Below, piece after piece: positions 53,431 to 63,670 of a stretch of DNA of 64,000 nt (its first letter is position 1; each line of letters opens with the position of its first letter). The stretch comes from Phormidesmis priestleyi Ana. GTDB taxonomy: Bacteria > Cyanobacteriota > Cyanobacteriia > Phormidesmidales > Phormidesmidaceae. The notes beneath the pieces were generated by a model. It made no database searches, was not told where the DNA came from, and saw only the letters and a program-made list of their open reading frames with translations. The translations under genes were made by a program, and so were the position numbers. The DNA lies in assembly GCA_001314865.1 (NCBI GenBank), contig LJZR01000023.1, positions 857-64,856 of the forward strand, written 5' to 3'.

Positions 53431-53946
53431 ATGAGTACCGAGCCGCAGAGTAACTTTAGCCAGTCCGATTATGGTGAAGCCAGCCCCAGCAGCGATCCAA
53501 AATCGCAGCAATCACCGCAGCAATCACCGCAGCAATCACCACCGGTTGAAGAAATGATTCCGCTGGTCAAGCCGGTCGAGGAGCCCAACCAGCAGTCCGA
53601 CCACCCACAGGAGGAAGCCGAACCGCTGACCCCTCTGGAAATGGATTGCTATGAATGTCGATCTTGTGGCTACACCTATGAACCTGCCAAGGGCGACAAC
53701 CGCAGTAGTATTCCAACAGGCATCGCTTTTAAAGAACTGCCTAAAGACTGGCGCTGTCCGGTTTGTGGCTCAAGCACGACCCAGTTCAGCAATATCGGCC
53801 CGGTGGGAGCAGCCTCAGGATTTAAGGCTAACCTAAACTACGGCTTCGGCGTTAATAAGCTCACACCGGGTCAAAAGAACATCCTAATTTTTGGGGCATT
53901 AGCCTTGGGTGTGCTGTTCTTTTTAAGCCTGTATGGCTTGCAGTAA
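53431..53946 (+). CDS. rubA: Membrane-anchored rubredoxin RubA
   Basis: CRSC..CPVC, C-terminal TM; upstream of ycf48-psbEFLJ. Confidence 0.92.
   Translation: MSTEPQSNFSQSDYGEASPSSDPKSQQSPQQSPQQSPPVEEMIPLVKPVEEPNQQSDHPQEEAEPLTPLEMDCYECRSCGYTYEPAKGDNRSSIPTGIAFKELPKDWRCPVCGSSTTQFSNIGPVGAASGFKANLNYGFGVNKLTPGQKNILIFGALALGVLFFLSLYGLQ
53505..53540. repeat. In-frame 12-nt tandem repeat x3 in rubA (QQSP)
   Basis: GCAGCAATCACC x3. Confidence 0.9.
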
Positions 53947-54110
53947 TGAGCAAACTAGCTAATTCCTGATGGCTGAATAATGGCTGAGTTCTACTATGAG
54001 CGCTATTCACTGGGCCATCTATTAACTAAGCCACGCTAGCCCTGAAAATAATTTCAATTTCATATTTTACGTTTAGACACATTTAGATTTGGATTTTTGC
54101 TGGAGTTGTC

Positions 54111-55148
54111 ATGCAGACGGTTTTAGAGCGGATAGGAAAAAGATTAGGAACGACCTGGAAAAAAGGCATCACCTTGCTAATGGTGGCGCTGATGATGACC
54201 AGCTGTGGCAACATTTTCCTAGCAGAAACAGAAACGAACCCTTGGGAAGTTATTGCCTTACCCACTGAGGCCGCACTTGCAGATGTTGCCTTTACTGACA
54301 ATGGCGAGCATGGCTGGCTAGTGGGCAGTCGCACAACCCTACTAGAGTCCACTGACGCTGGAAAAACATGGGAAACCCGAATCCTTGAACTCGGAGACCA
54401 GCAATATACCTTCACTTCTATTGACTTTAATGAGGAAGAAGGCTGGCTAGTGGGGCAGCCGAGTATTATGCTGCACACCACCGATGGTGGCAATTCCTGG
54501 TCTAATATTCCGCTAGACCCTCAGCTACCGGGTCAGCCTTTGCTGATTACGGCGACGGGTCAAAATTCGGCTGAACTCGCTACTGATATTGGCGCTATTT
54601 ACAAAACCGAAGATGGTGGTCAGCAGTGGAAGGGCTTGGTTCAATCTGCGGTAGGCGTTGTCCGTAATATGACTCGTGACAATGCGGGCCGATATGTGGC
54701 GGTGTCTTCACGAGGCAACTTTTACTCTACCTGGTTACCCGGACAGGCATCTTGGCAGCCCCACAACCGAGAAAACTCTAAGCGCCTACAAAATATGGGC
54801 TTTAACAAAGACGGCATGCTGTGGCTAATTGCCAGAGGCGGACAAATGCAGTTTGGGACTGAAAATGTCGCCTACGAAGATTGGGGTGAGCCAATCAATC
54901 CTGAATTTGCCTCTAGCTGGGGTTTGCTAGATCTGGCATACCGTACGCCTCAAGAAATATGGGTGACCGGTGGCAGTGGCAACCTGCTGATGAGTCAGGA
55001 TGGCGGAGAAACTTGGATGAAGGACAAGGCCGTTGAAAATGTGCCAACTAACTTTTACCGCGTTAAGTTTTTAAAGAACGACCGAGGTTATGTTTTGGGT
55101 CAGCGAGGCTACTTGCTGCGCTACGAGGAAGAGCCAACGGCAGCGTAG
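54111..55148 (+). CDS. ycf48: Photosystem II assembly factor Ycf48 (HCF136)
   Basis: Lipobox-like MMTSC, BNR repeats (T.DGG..W), AVSSRGNFY, SKRLQNMGF. Confidence 0.95.
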   Translation: MQTVLERIGKRLGTTWKKGITLLMVALMMTSCGNIFLAETETNPWEVIALPTEAALADVAFTDNGEHGWLVGSRTTLLESTDAGKTWETRILELGDQQYTFTSIDFNEEEGWLVGQPSIMLHTTDGGNSWSNIPLDPQLPGQPLLITATGQNSAELATDIGAIYKTEDGGQQWKGLVQSAVGVVRNMTRDNAGRYVAVSSRGNFYSTWLPGQASWQPHNRENSKRLQNMGFNKDGMLWLIARGGQMQFGTENVAYEDWGEPINPEFASSWGLLDLAYRTPQEIWVTGGSGNLLMSQDGGETWMKDKAVENVPTNFYRVKFLKNDRGYVLGQRGYLLRYEEEPTAA

Positions 55149-55173
55149 TAACGGGCTGCACTCTGGCAATTGC

Positions 55174-55203
55174 TCAATTGAATATCAGTTGATATTCAAT
55201 TGA
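55174..55203. repeat. Perfect AT-rich inverted repeat, 14-bp arms, 2-nt loop, between ycf48 and psbE
   Basis: TCAATTGAATATCA-GT-TGATATTCAATTGA. Confidence 0.85.
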
Positions 55204-55322
55204 TAGTCAATTAATAGTCAAATTAAGTTGAGCAATTTTCTGGGATTTGTTGTGGCGAGTGCTAAGAGTTTCGTATGATAAGTATTACGTGTTGATTTGC
55301 TTTAGTTAGGAGATTTTAAGAT

Positions 55323-55559
55323 ATGGCTGGCGATACCGGTGAACGGCCTTTTGGCGATATTGTAACGAGCGTTCGTTACTGGATTATTCACAGCATCACT
55401 ATTCCTGCTTTGTTTATTGCAGGATGGCTGTTTGTCTCGACGGGTTTGGCCTACGATGCGTTTGGCACGCCTCGCCCTAATGAGTACTACCCTAGCAACC
55501 AAATGGAAATTCCTATCATTGACAATCGATACAACCCCGATACTGTGTTGCCTCGATAG
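55323..55559 (+). CDS. psbE: Cytochrome b559 alpha subunit
   Basis: [51 protein letters not shown]. Confidence 0.97.
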   Translation: MAGDTGERPFGDIVTSVRYWIIHSITIPALFIAGWLFVSTGLAYDAFGTPRPNEYYPSNQMEIPIIDNRYNPDTVLPR

Positions 55560-55657
55560 TTCGGTTGCCTTTGTTTATTTGACTTATTTGACGCCCTGCT
55601 TATTTGGCAAAAGAGTTTGGCAAAAGAGCTTAAATACGATTTTTTGGAGAACTTGAC

Positions 55658-55792
55658 ATGACCAGTGGAAACCCCAACGAACCGATTACTTACCCCATTT
55701 TCACCGTACGTTGGCTGTCTGTACATGCTTTGGCTGTGCCTTCAGTTTTCTTTTTAGGCGCGATCGCCGCAATGCAGTTCATTCAACGCTAG
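55658..55792 (+). CDS. psbF: Cytochrome b559 beta subunit
   Basis: Hand translation [44 protein letters not shown]. Confidence 0.97.
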   Translation: MTSGNPNEPITYPIFTVRWLSVHALAVPSVFFLGAIAAMQFIQR

Positions 55793-55801
55793 GAGACTTC
55801 C

Positions 55802-55924
55802 ATGGCTGATAGACCCACAAACCCCAACAAGCAGCCCGTAGAGCTAAACCGAACATCTTTGTTCTTAGGTTTACTCGTGGTCTTTGTGACCGGTCTGCTG
55901 TTCTCTAGCTACTTCTTTAACTAG
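55802..55924 (+). CDS. psbL: Photosystem II protein L
   Basis: Hand translation [40 protein letters not shown]. Confidence 0.97.
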   Translation: MADRPTNPNKQPVELNRTSLFLGLLVVFVTGLLFSSYFFN

Positions 55925-56030
55925 CCCCCAAGAACTGAACCACTAGGGCTAGACCGCTAGAACTAGAGGGCTAAACTCAGTTTAAGGTTGAGAAAATAAA
56001 AAAATAACGTTGTGAGTAGGAGAGTGTTTC

Positions 56031-56150
56031 ATGTTTCAAAACGGTAAAATTCCTCTTTGGATTGTGGCAACTGTAGCGGGCACAGGCGTGCTAGTAGTTG
56101 TCGGCATCTTTTTCTACGGTTCTTATGTCGGTACGGGTTCGGCCATTTAA
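56031..56150 (+). CDS. psbJ: Photosystem II protein J
   Basis: Hand translation [39 protein letters not shown]. Confidence 0.96.
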   Translation: MFQNGKIPLWIVATVAGTGVLVVVGIFFYGSYVGTGSAI

Positions 56151-56183
56151 TTTCATCGCTAAGCTCAAGCCATAAAAACCATT

Positions 56184-56224
56184 AAAAAGCGACCCAGCCT
56201 TACAACAGCTAGGTCGCTTTTTTT
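56184..56224. terminator. Bidirectional terminator after psbJ / psaI
   Basis: AAAAAGCGACCCAGC...GCTAGGTCGCTTTTTTT. Confidence 0.8.
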
Positions 56225-56418
56225 AATGATTTTGGCCCGCTTCTATAGCCCAGTTCTACAACCTAGATTGACCTAGATTCTTATGTTCCAAGAGTTGTCC
56301 AAGAGTTGTCCACGAATGGATACAAGAGGCAGGGAGTTGCCCGACAACCGGACAAAGCATCATGCCGCCACGAGCGGGCTCTATACAGTGCCTTATTTAA
56401 GCGACTTTAAGCGACTGA

Positions 56419-56592
56419 CTAAACGACGTCTGTTTGGCTGTCTTCAGAGATTTGGCCAAAGGTGGACGAGGAGCCGCTGGGTGTGGTGGCTTGACCCCGC
56501 TCAATGTATAGGAACAAAGCGGCCATGGCGATCGCTGGAAATACCAAACCAACCGTAGGCACCAAAATAGTCGGTAAGAAAGAAGCTGTCAT
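56419..56592 (-). CDS. psaI: Photosystem I subunit VIII PsaI with C-terminal extension (57 aa)
   Basis: Hand translation [57 protein letters not shown]; GGAC-type SD upstream. Confidence 0.88.
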   Translation of the reverse strand: MTASFLPTILVPTVGLVFPAIAMAALFLYIERGQATTPSGSSSTFGQISEDSQTDVV

Positions 56593-57160
56593 TTGAATTG
56601 TCCTCTTTTACTACAAGATAATTGGCTTAAAGTACTAGCCAGCTTAAATAACACTACTCTGAATCTGGCTTAAAACCATCTTTCCTTAGTGGAAGTTAAA
56701 AAATAATCGCAGTGCCATAGGCAGTGCCATAGCTAGTCAAATATGGCCTCAAATATGACCTCAAACACAGCCTCAACTATGACACGCAATTACGGCCTTA
56801 AATACCGGCCTTAAATACGGCCTTAAACGGCAATGCAGAGCCTATTTCACAAGGGTTTCGACTCACCAGGATCTCGACACAACAGCCGCCACGGGTTTAG
56901 CTTTAACCGGACACTCTTAACTAAACTTCATGAAGTTCATAGCCTTAATTGTGAATTTAGGATTGGCTGCATCGCTTCATATTCAACGGCTTTTGATATT
57001 AGACAGATGAGGTACCTAGTCGTCTCCTTTACTTCTCTCCTATGAGAGAGGAGGAATCGATATGTTTTCCGCTAAAGTGAGACCACTCAGGAAGCCGTTT
57101 GCGAGAGGAAATACCTCTTAACTGCTTCTAAATCGAAGTAATTTACTGGAGAATGAATCT

Positions 57161-57424
57161 ATGTTAGGTGACATTATCGTTTGGGCCGTATTAGGTCTAA
57201 TTGCTGGCGCGATCGCTAGAGCTATTTACCCCGGTGATCAAGGCCTTGGTATCATCGGCACTATGGTGCTGGGTATTATTGGCGCGTTTGTAGGTGGCTT
57301 TGTAGCATCACTGTTTATACCGGGCGCGTCTGCGGGCTTGAGCATCGGTGGCATCGTAGTTGCAGTATTGGGAGCTATCATCACGCTCTTTATCTACTAC
57401 GCGGTTACTAAGCGCACTGCATAA
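57161..57424 (+). CDS. GlsB/YeaQ/YmgE family (transglycosylase-associated) membrane protein
   Basis: GLIAGAIARAIYPG..GIIGAFVGG..AVLGAII Gly-rich three-TM pattern. Confidence 0.88.
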   Translation: MLGDIIVWAVLGLIAGAIARAIYPGDQGLGIIGTMVLGIIGAFVGGFVASLFIPGASAGLSIGGIVVAVLGAIITLFIYYAVTKRTA

Positions 57425-57525
57425 GCTAATTGCAGTCAAATTGCGGTTTGGAACAATGGCTGACAGTTCACAGCGATGATTGCCATCTCCAGTAAGCTTT
57501 AATCAGCGCGAGTTTGATAAGCACA

Positions 57526-57561
57526 AATAGGTCAGTTGGGTTTTTACCTAGCTGACCTATT
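57526..57561. terminator. Hairpin, probable terminator after the glsB-like gene
   Basis: AATAGGTCAG..CTGACCTATT 10-bp stem. Confidence 0.55.
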
Positions 57562-57616
57562 GCTGTTGTAGGGACTTGCTATTGTAGGGACTTGCTGTTG
57601 TAAGGACTTGCTGTTA
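57561..57616. repeat. Tandem repeat, 16-mer TGCTGTTGTAGGGACT x3 plus a partial copy
   Basis: Direct reading. Confidence 0.88.
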
Positions 57617-57736
57617 TGAAAACTCGCAAAGCTGATGCATGAAAGGCAACAACAGCGACTGAAATAGGGGCTGAAATCCTGTTAGGCTCAAGAACCCAAA
57701 GCAATAGCATATAAGCAAGGCGAATAAAAATTGGTA

Positions 57737-59194
57737 ATGTTAGAAAAACAGGCGATCGCCTCTACAGCAGCAAACAATAACCTCAACACCGCTGAAGCGG
57801 CACAGAGCATTGAAGCGTACTTAGCGACCAAAAAAGCGTTTATCGACTTTGTATTAAACGCTGAAGATGCGATCGCAACCGCCCTAGAAACATTTAGCGC
57901 ACAGCAGCTCAGCCGATGGGCTCAGCCCACGTTATCCGGGCTGAATCGCACCGACTTGGCCATTGATATGTTCTTGAGCGAGGGCCGAATTGAGGGCCAC
58001 AGCATCGCCGAACTGTTTTTACAGGCCAACCCAGAGGCTTTAGGACAAACCAATCTAAAACAATGGGCAGAACAGTGGACACGCACATTCAACGGACTCT
58101 TTGTCGTGCGTAGCGCTTCCCCCGACAGCTACCAGGTGATGAACTGGCTCACCGAAAAAGACTACAGCCTGTATGTAGATGCCTCACAACCTGTAGAAAT
58201 AGCCTCTAGGATAAAACCTGGCGAAATCGTCCTGGCCAGGATTGCGCCTATTGATGAGTCGGGTTGGCTATTTTCTGGCCCACTGACCCTACTCGGCAAG
58301 CTCGGTAAACCCAAACTAGCCGTCGCCATCGGCAACTTTAAAAAATGGTTTCCCCAGCATCTATATGGCGATGCCCCGGAGCTGAAAGAAGCCGCTTGGG
58401 AATCGGTCGCGCGGCAGTATGAAGACTTTTTAGCGTTTTTTGGCGAGCCGCCGGTTACGCTCTCAGGCTACGAACTCAATAAAAAATTTCAAGCCTATCA
58501 GGCCCAAACAACCGAAAGGCAGTTGGCCGAAGCGGGCTTAGATAGCGATAAGTCTTTGCAGGAGTTAGCGAAAGACGCTGGCATTTCGGAAGAGGAAATA
58601 GCTGAGGCAATGGATGCCGTTGGGGAAGAAAACCTGGCAGTGAAAAAACTAATTGAGAGCAAGCAGTCGCTCAAAATGGTGATGCCCAAAGCCTCTTTGC
58701 CTGATGACATTCGCAAGGCCGAGTCGGTGACGGTGTTTTCGCATCCGCGCTGGGGTCAAGCTTTTTTGACTGACTACAGTCGCTTAATGGCCTTGCTCGC
58801 AACCCCTAGCCCTGACCCTGAGACCACAACCGAGGCAGACACGCGCGATCGCCTCGTGCAAAAATATTTAGAAGAACCCCGCGTGAACGCGCATGTGTGG
58901 GACTATCTGACTCAAACTCAGGGCTCTCAGCTAGAAAAAGTACTGCGCAGAGTACTCAATCGTCCAGACTTTGATATTCAAACGCAGCTATCACCAGTCC
59001 TTGAAAAGTATGGCAAATCCTCGACTCCAGAGCTACCGGATAGCGCCAGCGTCCCTCTTCACTTACACAACCTGTTTCAAGATGCGCTAAAGGCAGTGGG
59101 GAAAAGCGCCAAGCAAACAGGCAATGCTGACCAAAAGAATAAGTCGAAAAAGAGTAATTCTAAAAAAACTAAGCAGTCAGGATTTGGTCGGTAG
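57737..59194 (+). CDS. Large soluble hypothetical protein
   Basis: ~485 aa uninterrupted ORF; no motif recognised; Lys-rich tail ending KQSGFGR. Confidence 0.8.
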   Translation: MLEKQAIASTAANNNLNTAEAAQSIEAYLATKKAFIDFVLNAEDAIATALETFSAQQLSRWAQPTLSGLNRTDLAIDMFLSEGRIEGHSIAELFLQANPEALGQTNLKQWAEQWTRTFNGLFVVRSASPDSYQVMNWLTEKDYSLYVDASQPVEIASRIKPGEIVLARIAPIDESGWLFSGPLTLLGKLGKPKLAVAIGNFKKWFPQHLYGDAPELKEAAWESVARQYEDFLAFFGEPPVTLSGYELNKKFQAYQAQTTERQLAEAGLDSDKSLQELAKDAGISEEEIAEAMDAVGEENLAVKKLIESKQSLKMVMPKASLPDDIRKAESVTVFSHPRWGQAFLTDYSRLMALLATPSPDPETTTEADTRDRLVQKYLEEPRVNAHVWDYLTQTQGSQLEKVLRRVLNRPDFDIQTQLSPVLEKYGKSSTPELPDSASVPLHLHNLFQDALKAVGKSAKQTGNADQKNKSKKSNSKKTKQSGFGR

Positions 59195-59287
59195 TTGGGA
59201 TGTTTTAGTAGGGAGGTAGGGAGTAGGCGATAGGGAGTAGGGAGATAGGACACAAGGAAGGGAGATAGGGTCGGGGTTGGCGTTGCC

Positions 59288-59332
59288 AGTTTTTCTGAGC
59301 CTAGTTTTTCTGAGCCTAGCTTTTCTGAGCTT
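59288..59332. repeat. Tandem repeat, 15-mer AGTTTTTCTGAGCCT x3 spanning the photolyase stop codon
   Basis: Direct reading. Confidence 0.85.
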
Positions 59333-60755
59333 TATAGCGGGCCTTGAATTCGGCCTGACGCTCCTTGTGATTAACAATCGGCATTGGGTAGCCAGTTCCG
59401 TCCAGTTCTGACTCTGGGATATCGCCCGTGATTAAAGCGGCTGTGTCTAAATGCCGAATTTCAGGTAGCCACTCGCGAATGTATTCTGCATCAGGGTCGT
59501 ATTTTTTAGCCTGACTGGCCGGGTTAAAAATTCGCAGTGGTTTTGGGTCCATACCACTAGAGGCGCTCCACTGCCAGCCGCCGTTGTTGGCCGATAGGTC
59601 GCCATCGTATAGCTTTTGCAGAAAGTATCGTTCGCCCCACTGCCAGTTGATGATGAGATCTTTCGCCAAAAAGCTGGCAACAATCATTCGGCAGCGGTTA
59701 TGCATCCACCCGATGGTGTTGAGCTGGCGCATCGCAGCGTCCACAATCGGATAGCCGGTTTTGCCCTCACACCACGCCTTAAAGTGATCTTCGTTGTTAT
59801 CCCAAGGAAAGTTTTTCAAAGGGTCGCGATACGGGCCGTTGGCAAGCTCAGGGAAAAAATACATCACGCTCTGATAGAACTCTCGCCAAGCGAGTTCCTG
59901 CTGCCAGGTGCGAATGTTAGCGTGGGTTTCTTCGCTGCGAGCGCGGCTGTAGGCTTGGTCAGCCGCTTGCCAAACGGTACGAATACCGATGGTGCCAAAC
60001 TTAAGCGCAGCGCTGAGGGTAGAGGTTCCTGGGATGGCCGGAAAATCTCGCTGTTCGTTGTACTCAAAGATCGCGCTTTGCCCATCACAAAATTCTTCTA
60101 GCTTTTGCAGCGCAGCGGCCTCACCCGGCGCTAGTAAAAGCTCATTTTCCCACTCAAAGCCCAAATCCTTAGCAGTTGGCAAATCAATATTACCGGCGTC
60201 GTTTGCGATCGCCTTTTCATGAGGACTCAGCCCGGTCACGTTTTCTAATATCCCAACCGGTGCAGGCTTGGTATGCCCCATCCAGTTCCGCCAAAAGGGC
60301 GTATATACCTTATAAGGATCACCGCTGCCCGTTTTAATGCAATCAGGATCATGCAGCAGCTGATCCCAAAACTGAGTGCATCGTTCAATATTTTTTGCTT
60401 TGAGCGCTTTGGCAACCGCTGTGTCGCGCGATCTGGCATAAGGCTCTACATCTCGGTTCCAATACACCGCTGTGGCCCCTAAAGCACTCGCTAGCTGAGG
60501 AATCGCCTCATCCGGCTGACCCTGCAAAATCAGCAACTCGCTTCCAGCGCCTTTGTAACGCTCTTGCAGCTCAGCCAAAGAACCGATCATATAGGTCACC
60601 CGCGCCGGGGCAACTTCTTGGCCTTCTAAGATGCCAGGATCTAAGCAAAAGACACCAATGACTTTAGGCGTGCGATCGCGCGCTGCCATCAGCCCCAAAT
60701 TATCTTGAATTCGTAAATCCTTGCGATGCCAAAACAGCACCAACTCATCAGCCAT
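59316..60755 (-). CDS. phr: Deoxyribodipyrimidine (CPD) photolyase, class I
   Basis: WHRKDLRIQDN, TSTLSAALKFG, ELAWREFY, GWMHNRCRM, DGDLSANNGGWQWSAS. Confidence 0.9.
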   Translation of the reverse strand: MADELVLFWHRKDLRIQDNLGLMAARDRTPKVIGVFCLDPGILEGQEVAPARVTYMIGSLAELQERYKGAGSELLILQGQPDEAIPQLASALGATAVYWNRDVEPYARSRDTAVAKALKAKNIERCTQFWDQLLHDPDCIKTGSGDPYKVYTPFWRNWMGHTKPAPVGILENVTGLSPHEKAIANDAGNIDLPTAKDLGFEWENELLLAPGEAAALQKLEEFCDGQSAIFEYNEQRDFPAIPGTSTLSAALKFGTIGIRTVWQAADQAYSRARSEETHANIRTWQQELAWREFYQSVMYFFPELANGPYRDPLKNFPWDNNEDHFKAWCEGKTGYPIVDAAMRQLNTIGWMHNRCRMIVASFLAKDLIINWQWGERYFLQKLYDGDLSANNGGWQWSASSGMDPKPLRIFNPASQAKKYDPDAEYIREWLPEIRHLDTAALITGDIPESELDGTGYPMPIVNHKERQAEFKARYKAQKS

Positions 60756-60868
60756 TGTCCTAGCGCCTAGTGAACCGCACAGTCTTAAAAACAGAAAAAC
60801 AGTTAAGGAAACCCATTAAGACCGTCTCGGGCCTTAGTATAGCGAGACACCGACCATTGCAAAACTGC

Positions 60869-61414
60869 TCAAAGGGATGCTTTCGCCATATAAAAAGCGG
60901 CAATCGTCTTTGCATCTACCGGCTCGCCTGACAAAATCGCTTGCTCTAGCTCATCAGCACTCATCAGCACAACTTCAATATCTTCGTCTTCATCTCGCTC
61001 AGGCGCTTCTGTAAGCTTCGCCAAGCCTGTCGCCAAATAAGCGTAAATAATCTCATCTGAGTATCCAGGCGCATTGGGGAACTCACCCAACACTTTCCAG
61101 GTAGAGGCTTTGTAGCCAGTCTCTTCCTGAATCTCACGCTGAATAGTGCTCAACGGACGCTCATGCGCTTCTACCGTACCTGCAGGAAACTCCAGTAGCC
61201 GTCCCTTCATGGCAAACCGGTACTGCCGCACCAGCACAAACAGGCCGTCATCAGTCACAGGCACAGCCATAGCGCCACCCGGATGCACAATGCAGGCCCA
61301 GTCGCCCACCGAACCATTCGGAAGCCTAAGTTCACTGACGTCAAAGTCAAACTTACGAGCAGCGTAAAATAGCTTTTGTCGAATTAGCTCAGCGGGTTCT
61401 TGTCCAAGGGGCAT
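60869..61414 (-). CDS. Nudix hydrolase (ADP-ribose pyrophosphatase-like)
   Basis: LVRQYR, LEFPAG, Nudix box GTVEAHERPLSTIQREIQEETGY. Confidence 0.9.
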   Translation of the reverse strand: MPLGQEPAELIRQKLFYAARKFDFDVSELRLPNGSVGDWACIVHPGGAMAVPVTDDGLFVLVRQYRFAMKGRLLEFPAGTVEAHERPLSTIQREIQEETGYKASTWKVLGEFPNAPGYSDEIIYAYLATGLAKLTEAPERDEDEDIEVVLMSADELEQAILSGEPVDAKTIAAFYMAKASL

Positions 61415-62079
61415 GGTAAAGGCGGCAGTGAAGAAGGTACGTTTCTTTCTACACTGCCAGAAAAACGGTCAGAAAAATGACCGGAAAAATGATCTGCGGG
61501 CTTCTCTGAAGAGACCACTTCTGAAGAGACTCCTAAAGGAACCACGGCAGAAGAGAGCGTCGATGCTTCTGAAAAGAGCGCCGACACCTCTGAAGAGAGC
61601 GCCGATAGAAGCTGAACAACGGTTTTGCCAAAAATAGGATGCGACCACTGCGGCGCAATGTCTGCCAGTGGCACCAGCACAAAGGCTCGCTCGTGCAAAC
61701 GAGGGTGAGGCACGGTCAACCCCGGCAGGTCAATAATTTGCTCGCCAAAAAACAGCAGGTCCAAATCCAACGATCTGGCCCCCCAGCGAACCTGCCTGAC
61801 TCGGCCAAATTGGGTTTCGATGGCCAATAGGCTATGCAGCAGTACCCGAGGGGTGAGCACTGTTTTGATCAAGACGCAGGCGTTTAGATAGTCCGGTTGG
61901 GGGGGGCCAACAGGAGCGGTTTTGTAAAAGGGCGATCGCGCCAGCACCTCAATTCCGTCCGTTGAATTAAGCGCAGCGATCGCCTCAGACAAAATCCGCC
62001 GAGAGTTCCCTAAGTTTCCACCCAAGGCAACGACGGCCTCAACCCCATCCTGAAGCTTCTGACGACCGCTAAACGCCAT
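61384..62079 (-). CDS. folK: 2-amino-4-hydroxy-6-hydroxymethyldihydropteridine diphosphokinase
   Basis: ALGGNLG, QPDYLNAC, RWGARSLDLDLL, PHPRLHERAFVLVPL. Confidence 0.94.
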   Translation of the reverse strand: MAFSGRQKLQDGVEAVVALGGNLGNSRRILSEAIAALNSTDGIEVLARSPFYKTAPVGPPQPDYLNACVLIKTVLTPRVLLHSLLAIETQFGRVRQVRWGARSLDLDLLFFGEQIIDLPGLTVPHPRLHERAFVLVPLADIAPQWSHPIFGKTVVQLLSALSSEVSALFSEASTLSSAVVPLGVSSEVVSSEKPADHFSGHFSDRFSGSVERNVPSSLPPLPCPLDKNPLS

Positions 62080-62082
62080 CAA

Positions 62083-62412
62083 CTAAGCCTGACCTGCCAG
62101 TACGCCCCGCACTCGACCGGTTAGTTGGTCAGCCGTCAGCACGCCCTCAATTCGATCCACGGGCTGACCTTCCTTAAATAGCACCAGCGTTGGCAGGGCG
62201 TGAATGCTGTGCTGCGAAGCAATTTCGGGATATTTTTCAGTGTCGATTTTAACGATTTTGACTTCACCCTTCATCTCACTGCCCACCTGCGTCAAAATTT
62301 TCGCCATCATTTGGCAGGGGCCGCACCAGTCAGCGTAAAAATCGACCAGCACCGGCGTATCAGAGCCACCAATCATCTCATCAAAACTATTAAATTGTTG
62401 TTTGACTGCCAT
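62083..62412 (-). CDS. Thioredoxin (resembles y-type); start probably ATG 62412
   Basis: DFYADWCGPC, KIDTEKY, ALPTLVLFK. Confidence 0.9.
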   Translation of the reverse strand: MAVKQQFNSFDEMIGGSDTPVLVDFYADWCGPCQMMAKILTQVGSEMKGEVKIVKIDTEKYPEIASQHSIHALPTLVLFKEGQPVDRIEGVLTADQLTGRVRGVLAGQA

Positions 62413-62580
62413 GTAGGTATTTGTAGGGTTAAAAACGACCACTTAATGCTAAATGCCCAGCCCAATACTGTGTGAATTACTTCCTAATAATTTAGGGATC
62501 TTAATGTGACGGATTTAGAGATTTTAATGCAGCGGGTTCTGTCGCAGATTCCATGATGGATTTAGCTAAATCCTACCAAG

Positions 62581-63491
<911 letters not shown>

Positions 63492-63532
63492 AGGAATGAC
63501 CTTGCTTTGGGCAGTTCCAACGTGATAGCAAG

Positions 63533-63670
63533 CAATTATTGACTCTCAATTACTGGCTCTCAATTACTGGCTCTTAATTACTGGCTCTTAATTATTGACT
63601 CTCAATTATTAGCCATTAGTATCGATTGGCTATTGAATCTGATTGAATCTGATTGAATCTGATTGAATCT
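63533..63670. repeat. Two adjacent tandem arrays: 14-mer (C/T)AATTA(C/T)TG(G/A)CTCT x5 and 10-mer GATTGAATCT x4
   Basis: Direct reading; 63533-63610 and 63631-63670. Confidence 0.9.

Noticed and set aside
56283-56558. 91-aa plus-strand ORF, and the 70-aa ORF at 56833-57045
   Set aside because: The first is antisense to psaI; the second has no recognisable feature or ribosome-binding site and lies in a promoter-like spacer
56860-56900. GGGTTTCGACTCACC as part of a tRNA or tmRNA
   Set aside because: No cloverleaf, acceptor stem or tag-peptide context could be built around it
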